Source: Sedimentisphaera cyanobacteriorum (GTDB taxonomy: Bacteria > Planctomycetota > Phycisphaerae > Sedimentisphaerales > Sedimentisphaeraceae). Taken from it: a stretch of 32,000 nt of DNA. The number at the start of each line of letters is the position of its first letter. Positions within the stretch are counted from its first letter, which is position 1. Shown piece after piece: positions 25,167-32,000 of this stretch. Under the pieces are notes generated by a model. The model searched no databases and was not told the DNA's origin. It saw only the letters and a program-made list of their open reading frames with translations. Made by a program: the position numbers and the translations under genes. Location of the stretch: contig NZ_CP019633.1 in NCBI RefSeq assembly GCF_001997385.1, positions 420,001-452,000 of the forward strand, in the 5' to 3' direction.

Positions 25167-25811
25167 TCAATTCTCAAGCCTGTTTTTCGCATCTTTGCAC
25201 AAATCGCTAATCAATTTCCATTCGCCTTTTGAGATTGCCTCTCTTGGGGCAAGCCAAGACCCTCCTGCGGCAAAAACATAGTCCTGCTTTAGGTAGTCTG
25301 TAAAATTGTCTGCATTTATCCCTCCCAACGGGAAGAAGCTTATCCCCGTATGGCGATACGGAGCGGACATCGATTTGAGATATTTAATACCGCCAAGGGG
25401 CTCAGCGGGGAAGAATTTAAGATGTTTGCAGTTATAGCTCAAGGCCTGTTCAACATCTGAAGGTGTGCAAACGCCCGGTGCAAACGGCAAACCTGCCTTC
25501 ATTGCTTCTTCCACAACTTCAGGATTAAGCCCGGGTGAAACTGCAAATTCAGCCCCTGCATCAGCGGCCTGCCGTACTTGTTCTCTTGTTAAGACGGTGC
25601 CTGCCCCAACGAGCATTTGCGGGTATTTGTTTTTTATAACCTTGATTGCCTCAATCGCTTCATCAGTTCGCAGAGTTAATTCAATGCTGTTCATGCCCGC
25701 TTCCAACAAGGTTTCGGCAAGTCCGGCAGCATTATCTTTATCGTCTATAACTACCGTAGCGACTACCCGCTCGCTTTCCAACTCTTTAAATACATTTTCC
25801 GGTGTCTGCAT
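25167..25811 (-). CDS. eda: 2-dehydro-3-deoxyphosphogluconate (KDPG) aldolase
   Basis: The sequence shows IELTLRT, VGAGTVL, SPG, GVCTPSD, LKFFPAE (Schiff-base Lys context) and GGSWL. The 214 aa length fits. Confidence 0.9.
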   Translation of the reverse strand: MQTPENVFKELESERVVATVVIDDKDNAAGLAETLLEAGMNSIELTLRTDEAIEAIKVIKNKYPQMLVGAGTVLTREQVRQAADAGAEFAVSPGLNPEVVEEAMKAGLPFAPGVCTPSDVEQALSYNCKHLKFFPAEPLGGIKYLKSMSAPYRHTGISFFPLGGINADNFTDYLKQDYVFAAGGSWLAPREAISKGEWKLISDLCKDAKNRLEN

Positions 25812-26008
25812 AAGCTTCTTTTGAGATTTAATATTAGATTAAAAATATTAGAACACAGATAAGAGATTAAACTTAACAAAATATATAGTGATAATGATAA
25901 CACGTATGGCTGCTGAGTTTCTTCTCATTAGTTATACTTTGGTGTTTACCTCTTTCTTATTCAAAACTGAAACATCGCTGAAATTTTAACATATATCCGA
26001 CCATGACA

Positions 26009-26044
26009 AACACCATTATGCGAATAAAAAACACCCTATTGCGA
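26009..26044 (+). promoter_or_regulatory. Direct-repeat candidate operator (2 x 15 bp, 21-bp period) for the XylR/AraC-type regulator
   Basis: AACACCATTATGCGA (26009-26023) and AACACCCTATTGCGA (26030-26044) share 12 of 15 positions, two helical turns apart. The second repeat ends 10 bp upstream of a -35-like box. A third AACACC occurs inverted at 25941-25947. Confidence 0.4.
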
Positions 26045-26054
26045 CAAAAGACTC

Positions 26055-26083
26055 TTGCTAAGAAAGTGTTAAGCAAGTATAAT
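26055..26083 (+). promoter_or_regulatory. Sigma70-like promoter for the regulator gene (TTGCTA-17-TATAAT)
   Basis: TTGCTA lies at 26055-26060 and TATAAT at 26078-26083, 38 nt upstream of the ATG at 26122. Confidence 0.35.
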
Positions 26084-26121
26084 ATAAATTCGTTAATAAA
26101 ATTAGACTCTTCCGGGCATTT

Positions 26122-27261
26122 ATGCAGCATACAAAAAGAATAGCTTTACTAATCGAGACCTCCACCTCTTACGGCAGAGCGCTGATACGCGGGATACTTA
26201 CGTATGCCAATATAGCGACAAATTGGGTGTTTTATAACGAGCCAAGCGGTTTTGCTGATTCATTGCCTGAGCTGTCTGCAAAAAGCTTTGACGGTATAAT
26301 TATGAGGGATACCTCGGAAAATATGAAGCTTCTGAAATTGGGTGTCCCGGCTATAGTATCAATTCGCTATCAGGATAAGATAGCAGGTGTGCCGAATATA
26401 GTAAGCAATTCCTCGCAGATTGGAGCTATGGCAGCGTCTTATTTCAGAAATAAGGGCTTCGAAAATTTCGCTTACTGCGGGTTTGAAAATATGCCTTGGT
26501 CTCACGAGAGAAAAAAGGCTTTCGCTGCCAGCCTGCCTTCAGGATGCCGGTTTGAATCTTTTTCCCAGCAAAGCAGCGGCAGCTACGAAAAACAGATTCA
26601 GAGCCTATCAGACTGGTTAGCTTCGCTCGAAAAGCCATCTGCGCTTATGGCTTGCAACGATGTCAGAGGCGCAACTATAATAGAGGCCTGTAAATTAGCA
26701 GGCTTGAAGATTCCGCAAGAAATATCGATCTTGGGCGTGAACAACGATGATATGATATGCGAGATGGTTTCGCCGCAGCTCTCAAGCATATCGCTTAATA
26801 TCGTAAAAGCAGGCTCTAAGGCTGCTCAATGTTTGGATAATCTTATTAAAGGAAAAACTGGCAGCGAACAGAGAATCAACGTGGAGGCGGATGGTATTGT
26901 TTCCCGTGCATCGACCGACTTGCTGGCAATAAACGACCCTGCTATTGCCCAAGCTTTGCACTTTATAACCCAAAACAGAAGGCAGCATCTGCAGGTCAGC
27001 GAGGTTGCCGAATATGTCGGTGTCAACAGACGCAGTCTTGAGCGAAGGTTCAAAGCAGTATTGAACACAAGCGTTTATGAACAAATCAAAAGCGTTAGAA
27101 TTAACACTATTTGCAAAATGCTGACTCAAACGAGCATCCCCATATCCGAAATATCTTATTCGATGGGTTTTAACGACGCCAACCACATCGCAAGATACTT
27201 CAAACAAAAAACCGGTATTACACCCTTGCAGTATAGAAAGCAGTATTCAGCAATGCACTGA
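26122..27261 (+). CDS. XylR-type transcriptional regulator (periplasmic-binding-protein-like sugar sensor domain plus AraC-family HTH)
   Basis: The architecture and many local matches follow E. coli XylR: KRIALLIETSTSYGRALIRGI, ACNDVRGATIIEACKLAGLKIPQEISILGVNNDD and RASTDLLAINDPAIAQALHFI. The C-terminal AraC HTH reads FNDANHIARYFKQKTGITPLQYR. Confidence 0.85.
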   Translation: MQHTKRIALLIETSTSYGRALIRGILTYANIATNWVFYNEPSGFADSLPELSAKSFDGIIMRDTSENMKLLKLGVPAIVSIRYQDKIAGVPNIVSNSSQIGAMAASYFRNKGFENFAYCGFENMPWSHERKKAFAASLPSGCRFESFSQQSSGSYEKQIQSLSDWLASLEKPSALMACNDVRGATIIEACKLAGLKIPQEISILGVNNDDMICEMVSPQLSSISLNIVKAGSKAAQCLDNLIKGKTGSEQRINVEADGIVSRASTDLLAINDPAIAQALHFITQNRRQHLQVSEVAEYVGVNRRSLERRFKAVLNTSVYEQIKSVRINTICKMLTQTSIPISEISYSMGFNDANHIARYFKQKTGITPLQYRKQYSAMH

Positions 27262-27494
27262 AAACTGCTGAAGAGCTTAAAAAACCCTCAGGCTTCTCGA
27301 TTGATTTACTTAACTTGCCCTTGACCGGGCATTATTTCGAAAATAAAGCTATTCTTTAACCATATACCCCTCTCGTAAAAAAGCGTTAAAGTCCAGTTTT
27401 AGTTTAGCGATAAATACAGATTTAATCACCGATGCTTGAGAAACGCAAATAATGCGAAAACCCGTGTTTTTTTTAATTTTCGAAACCTATTTCA

Positions 27495-27522
27495 TTGATT
27501 TATCAAATCATATATTTACAAT
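27495..27522 (+). promoter_or_regulatory. Sigma70-like promoter for hppA (TTGATT-16-TACAAT)
   Basis: TTGATT lies at 27495-27500 and TACAAT at 27517-27522. It overlaps the palindrome TGATTT-ATC-AAATCA (27496-27510). Confidence 0.3.
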
Positions 27523-27609
27523 AGCACAGGTTTTTTTGCGCAGAATGCGCAGTTCGTTTTTTATTAACAGAAATATTAGTAAAACTCTATTTAAGAAAAA
27601 GGAGTAATC

Positions 27610-29988
27610 GTGAACATGACGGGTATGAAAAAATTTATGCTGCCTGCAATTGCGGCTCTTCCTTCTATCGCGCTGGCGGCAGAGGGCTCAAACGGCGGTG
27701 AAGCGGATGTGTCAACAGGCTGGGCAGAGCCTATCTTTTGTGTTATCGCCTCGCTTGTTGCTCTTGGATTTGCCAGATTCTTCTACAAGAAGATGATGGA
27801 GGCCTCCGAGGGAACAGACAAGATGAAGGAAATTGCCGAAGACGTTCGCAAAGGTGCTTATGCATATCTCAGAAGGCAGTATGGGGTTGTAACGGTGGTA
27901 TTCATCGTTCTGCTGTTAATATTTGTCGGCCTTGCGATGGCTGGTGCTCAGAATCCGTTTGTTCCGCTTGCTTTCTTAACAGGCGGTTTCTTCAGTGGTT
28001 TATGCGGATATCTCGGCATGAAAACTGCTACCTTCGCCTCTGCCAGAACTGCTAGCGGAGCAAAAGAAGGGCTAAATAAAGGGCTCACAGTTGCTTTCAG
28101 AAGCGGTGCTGTTATGGGGCTTGTTGTAGTGGGCTTCGGCCTATTGGATATCTCTCTTTGGTATCTGCTTCTGGATAAGCTGGTTTATACCGCAGAGCAT
28201 ATGAGAGAAGGATGGGGCTTCCTCGTCCCGGCAGGTATGAACCCCGACCACAAGCTCATCGTGATCACCACAACGATGATTACATTCGGTATGGGTGCTT
28301 CAACACAGGCTCTGTTTGCACGTGTTGGCGGCGGTATTTACACAAAAGCAGCTGACGTTGGTGCAGACCTTGTTGGAAAGGTTGAAGCGGGTATCCCTGA
28401 AGACGACCCGAGAAACCCTGCTACTATCGCAGATAATGTTGGCGATAACGTTGGCGACGTTGCCGGAATGGGTGCAGACCTGTACGAAAGCTATTGCGGG
28501 TCTATCCTCGCTACTGCCGCTCTTGGTGCTGCCCTTGGAATCAACCTGCCTCACGGCCTCGACCCTTTCAAAGTGGTTGTAGCTCCGATGCTGGTTGCCG
28601 GAATTGGCATCATACTATCTGTAATCGGGATGTTTATGGTTAAGTGTAAGGAAGGGGCTAGCCAGAAAAACCTCCTCCGTTCACTTCTAACCGGCACGCT
28701 TGCAAGCTCTGTGATGATTGTTATTGCTCTGATGATCCTCGTTTTCACAGGCTACATCACTTGGGGAATCTTCGCTGCTGTAATAACAGGGCTGATTGTC
28801 GGCGTGATCATCGGCCAAATCACAGAATACTACACCTCTGATGAATTTGCACCTACTAAAAGCATTGCCGAACAAACCCAGATGGGACCTGCTACAACAA
28901 TTATTGAAGGTATTTCAGCCGGTATGTATTCCACCGGATTCACGGTTGCAACAATCGTAATAGGTATTCTGCTTGCTTACGGTTTCAGCGGCGGATTCAA
29001 CAATCCCGCTATGGGGCTCTACGGAATCGGCTTTTCTGCTGTGGGCATGCTTTCAACTCTCGGAATAACTCTTGCGTCTGACGCATACGGACCAATCGCA
29101 GATAATGCAGGCGGTAATGCTGAGATGGCAGGGCTCGGCGAAGAAGTTCGAAACAGAACAGATGCCCTTGATGCCCTTGGAAATACTACAGCTGCCACAG
29201 GTAAAGGCTTTGCTATCGGCTCAGCCGCTCTTACAGCTATGGCTCTTCTCGCTGCATATCTCGAAGAGGTGCGTGTGTGGATAGCCAAGCTCGCCAATGA
29301 ATCGGCAGAAGGTATATACAGAGTGGGCGAGATGGTGTTTACCGCCGAATCTGTAAAAACCGCTCCAGTGGCGAAATTTGTTGAGGCATACAACCTCACC
29401 ATTATGAATCCGAAAATGATATGCGGCCTCTTTATCGGCTCAATGATGGCGTTTGTATTCAGCGCTATGACAATGAAGGCTGTTGGAAGGGCTGCTGGCG
29501 ATATGGTGAACGAAGTGAGAAGGCAGTTTAAGGAGATGCCAGGAATTCTTGACGGATCTCAGAAGCCTGATTACGCAACTTGCGTTGCCATTTCAACAAA
29601 AGGCGCTCAGAAGGAAATGATCCTTCCCTCAGCGATTGCTATTATCGTGCCTGTGCTTACGGGCCTGATTCTCGGCGTTGCTGGTGTGCTCGGTCTGCTC
29701 GCAGGCGGCCTTGTTGCTGGATTTTCACTCGCTATCACACTAAACAACGCAGGCGGGGCTTGGGATAACGCCAAAAAATACATTGAAAAAGGACACTTCG
29801 GCGGCAAGAATTCCGAATCGCACCACGCAGGCGTTGTGGGCGATACCGTTGGCGACCCGTTCAAGGATACATCAGGACCATCTCTAAACATTCTCATCAA
29901 GCTTATGACAATGGTTTCTGTTGTTTTCAGCGGCGTTGTTATCAAATTCGGCCCGCAGATTTCCGATTTACTGAATTTGAACTACTAG
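27610..29988 (+). CDS. hppA: Membrane-bound ion-translocating pyrophosphatase, K+-dependent type
   Basis: The sequence shows GGGIYTKAADVGADLVGKVE, IADNVGDNVGDVAGMGADLYES, DAYGPIADNAGG, GNTTAATGKGFAIGSAAL and GDTVGDPFKDTSGPS. The GTG at 27610 or the ATG at 27616 follows a GGAG SD. Confidence 0.93.
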   Translation: MNMTGMKKFMLPAIAALPSIALAAEGSNGGEADVSTGWAEPIFCVIASLVALGFARFFYKKMMEASEGTDKMKEIAEDVRKGAYAYLRRQYGVVTVVFIVLLLIFVGLAMAGAQNPFVPLAFLTGGFFSGLCGYLGMKTATFASARTASGAKEGLNKGLTVAFRSGAVMGLVVVGFGLLDISLWYLLLDKLVYTAEHMREGWGFLVPAGMNPDHKLIVITTTMITFGMGASTQALFARVGGGIYTKAADVGADLVGKVEAGIPEDDPRNPATIADNVGDNVGDVAGMGADLYESYCGSILATAALGAALGINLPHGLDPFKVVVAPMLVAGIGIILSVIGMFMVKCKEGASQKNLLRSLLTGTLASSVMIVIALMILVFTGYITWGIFAAVITGLIVGVIIGQITEYYTSDEFAPTKSIAEQTQMGPATTIIEGISAGMYSTGFTVATIVIGILLAYGFSGGFNNPAMGLYGIGFSAVGMLSTLGITLASDAYGPIADNAGGNAEMAGLGEEVRNRTDALDALGNTTAATGKGFAIGSAALTAMALLAAYLEEVRVWIAKLANESAEGIYRVGEMVFTAESVKTAPVAKFVEAYNLTIMNPKMICGLFIGSMMAFVFSAMTMKAVGRAAGDMVNEVRRQFKEMPGILDGSQKPDYATCVAISTKGAQKEMILPSAIAIIVPVLTGLILGVAGVLGLLAGGLVAGFSLAITLNNAGGAWDNAKKYIEKGHFGGKNSESHHAGVVGDTVGDPFKDTSGPSLNILIKLMTMVSVVFSGVVIKFGPQISDLLNLNY

Positions 29989-30018
29989 TCCAAGTATAAA
30001 ATCACATTAAATGCACAA

Positions 30019-30050
30019 GGCAGCGGCCCGCAAGGCTGCTGCCTTTTTTT
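30019..30050 (+). terminator. Strong rho-independent terminator after hppA
   Basis: GGCAGCGGCC (30019-30028) pairs with GGCTGCTGCC (30034-30043), giving 10 bp with one G-U pair and a CGCAA loop. T7 follows at 30044-30050. Confidence 0.8.
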
Positions 30051-30475
30051 AATTTATTGCTTGACTTCAAGCCTGAAAAATTATATGTTAATGTTAGGTA
30101 ATTAGATAGGTTTATCTGCCTCTTACTGAGATTGTTTGAGCTGAGGTTTAAAGCAGTGCTTTTTCAAAGCTCATAAATTTCAAAAGCGCAGAACCTTAAG
30201 TTTTGTCTGTGATAAGACAATTCGACCGTTGTTTGAGTTTGGCTTCTGAGAATCGTTTGCATAACACGATCTGATTGGGCTTGGAACAGAATCGTAAGAT
30301 CTTTTAAGCCTTTGACATCATTTATAAGTGAAAACATTTGTTTATTTGCTCCTTAGTTCCGCTTCAGCTTTCCAGGCTTAAAACGCATTAGGTTTTATAA
30401 ATATGTTTGCTGTCTTATTCTTTAACAGAAAGGCAGCGAGAAAAGTTAGTGCAAACATATTTTAGGAGTGATTGT

Positions 30476-31102
30476 ATGTTTAAGCCTGTAACTATTGCTG
30501 TAATGCTGCTGTATGCTTTTGGACACATTCCTTCAGCGGCGGAAACGCGGGATTTCAGCGACGATATTTCCGAAAGCTTTCAAATTCTTCCTGAAAGCGA
30601 GCCCATAGAGGGAGAGCTGCAAACTGAAACGGATATTGATTTCTTTGTCTTAAATCCTGTGCCCCAGACGGTTTATCGTGTCTTTCTCAATAACGGGGCA
30701 TCAGACAGGAAAAATATGACAGTCTTAATGGAAAATTACAACTCGGAGCTAAGAGATATAAAAACACTCGACTCAATTGCTGAAACTGAATATTCCACTT
30801 TCTATTGCGAATACGGCTATCCCGTATATTTCAAGGTTTTCAGCAACTACAGCGCATCGGGATTGTATCATATTGAAGTGCAGACAGTGAAATCAGCTGA
30901 TGTTGATTCGTTTTCCAACAGCTGCTCAGCCCCAACCCTATTGGATCTTTCAGGCGGCTATATCGAAACAGAAGCGGTTATAGACACTTCCGAACCTAAC
31001 TTCCCTGCAGCAGACTATTACACCTTTGATGCCCTTGAAAATTACCGTTACCATATCAGCTTCGATTATCTGGACTCTTCCGAAATAGAAGCCTCTATTT
31101 AG
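30476..31102 (+). CDS. Small secreted protein with PPC-like (pre-peptidase C-terminal-type) repeats; probably 3'-truncated
   Basis: The start is moved to the ATG at 30476 (AGGAG SD). The signal peptide is MFKPVTIAVMLLYAFGHIPSAAE. One complete module runs IEGELQTETDIDFFVLNP...YRVFL...GLYHIEVQTV. A second begins IETEAVID...ADYYTFDALENYRYHISF and stops about 15 aa later, immediately before the IS. Confidence 0.6.
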   Translation: MFKPVTIAVMLLYAFGHIPSAAETRDFSDDISESFQILPESEPIEGELQTETDIDFFVLNPVPQTVYRVFLNNGASDRKNMTVLMENYNSELRDIKTLDSIAETEYSTFYCEYGYPVYFKVFSNYSASGLYHIEVQTVKSADVDSFSNSCSAPTLLDLSGGYIETEAVIDTSEPNFPAADYYTFDALENYRYHISFDYLDSSEIEASI

Positions 31103-32000
31103 TCGTTCCTAAAAAATCAATGATTTTGGGGAAACTAAAAAAATATATCAGGCTAATCGAGTCTTTAATTTGCTTTTCATTGCCAAATTTCTGTAAAATT
31201 CAATAATTTTAAGCATAAAAATATAGGCAAAAGTAAACTTCTCTAGAAGTTTACGCATATTGTACCCAAAAGCGCTGCCGAGGGCGTTCATTTTGTCCCC
31301 TTCTACACCTTTCAAGAAGTTTCTTCCCAACCTGTTGTCTTCTTTGAGGTGGCCTATCGTTGGTTCTATGCTCGATCTTCTCTTAATCCACCTCTTGATA
31401 CTTCGTTTCTTTTTTCGCCAGCCCTTTTCTACAATTTCAACATTTCCAATATCTTCGCAGCCATGTTTCTTGTATCCTCCATCAACATAAACATCTCCAA
31501 GCTTTTCTCTCCCGATTAAATTCATTGTCTGCTTCAGATTAGCCCGAAGAGTATGGCCATCATAAGGGTTTCCTTCAAAGCCCAACGCTCCTACGATAAA
31601 ATTATTCTTGGCAGTAGTTACAATTCCAACCTTATTTCCAAACTCATATTTCTTGTGGCTTTTGCCTTTCCCAATGCAGCAGACGTGAGGTTCGTGAATA
31701 CTGTAGAGTTTATTTTTGCTTTTCTTTGTCTGGGCTAAAAGCTTCTTAGCGGCTTGAAGCAATGTATCAAAAATTATTCTTAACTGCTCATTGCCTGCTA
31801 TATTCCGCTCGACCTCTTTCGTAATTCGCCGCAGGTAGTTCCTTAATTTCTTCACTTCTTTTTTAGCTCTTTTGAACTGTCTTGCACGTCGATACCTGCC
31901 CTGCATTACATACGCCCTTTTCCCAACCCTTTCGTAGCTTTGGCGAAGTTGGAGTTTTGATGCTTTTGCAAGATCTACAAGCTTAATGCGCAGTTTGTGG
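31103..32000 (-). mobile_element. IS5-family insertion sequence, one end in window
   Basis: The transposase CDS is as above. AT content is higher than in the flanks. The element end is inferred between 31103 and 31147. TTAG at 31099-31102 fits the YTAR target preference of the IS5 group. No inverted repeat can be confirmed with only one end visible. Confidence 0.55.
31148..32000 (-). CDS. IS5-family DDE transposase (5' part beyond window)
   Basis: The sequence shows YSIHEPHVCCIGKGKSHKKYEFGNKV, NPYDGHTL, VYVDGGYKKH and RSSIEPTIGHLKEDNRLGRNFLKGVEGDKMNALGSAFGYNMRKLL. The frame stays open upstream of the tracked Met (HKLRIKLVDLAKASKLQLRQSYERVGKRAYV-MQGRY...) to position 32000. Confidence 0.85.
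   Translation of the reverse strand, partial: HKLRIKLVDLAKASKLQLRQSYERVGKRAYVMQGRYRRARQFKRAKKEVKKLRNYLRRITKEVERNIAGNEQLRIIFDTLLQAAKKLLAQTKKSKNKLYSIHEPHVCCIGKGKSHKKYEFGNKVGIVTTAKNNFIVGALGFEGNPYDGHTLRANLKQTMNLIGREKLGDVYVDGGYKKHGCEDIGNVEIVEKGWRKKKRSIKRWIKRRSSIEPTIGHLKEDNRLGRNFLKGVEGDKMNALGSAFGYNMRKLLEKFTFAYIFMLKIIEFYRNLAMKSKLKTRLA

Noticed and set aside
1-32000. Search for CRISPR arrays, tRNA/rRNA genes, long tandem repeats and recognisable defence-system genes
   Set aside because: I saw no repeat-spacer periodicity, no tRNA-like cloverleaf candidates in the intergenic regions, and no nuclease, helicase, methylase or toxin-type ORFs. Intergenic regions are short and explained by promoters and terminators.

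Overview
All calls come from reading the sequence and the supplied translations against remembered family motifs; no database search was possible. The window is a gene-dense chromosomal segment (about 24 CDS, no rRNA, tRNA or CRISPR seen). It looks like an anaerobic, sulfated-glycan-degrading bacterium, in the style of the PVC superphylum (Kiritimatiellota, Lentisphaerota or anaerobic Phycisphaerae); the taxon is inference only. Left end: rex, then a NuoF-like HydB/HndC gene and the N-terminus of a HydA/HndD-type Fe-S subunit (missing from the ORF track, runs off the window), then surE. Two divergent housekeeping operons follow, pdxA-rsmA and xseA-hemW, and each ends in an S1 sulfatase gene. 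Centre: three more sulfatases, all with RR-type signal peptides and C-x-P/A-x-R motifs. Among them sit an operon of a URO-D-superfamily protein plus an SGLT-type symporter and a secreted LamG/Ig-like/LamG/dockerin-like protein. A minus-strand operon eda-kdgK-(NRAMP-fold transporter lacking the metal-binding motifs)-sulfatase faces a divergent XylR/AraC-type regulator, with 21-bp-spaced direct repeats between them. Right end: a K+-dependent-type membrane pyrophosphatase, then a small secreted protein that appears truncated by an IS5-family element running off the window. No glycoside hydrolase, polysaccharide lyase or sulfatase maturase is recognisable. The best candidates for undescribed biology are the URO-D-like/symporter pair, the NRAMP-fold transporter in the KDG operon, and the LamG-dockerin protein coupled to a CxAxR sulfatase.
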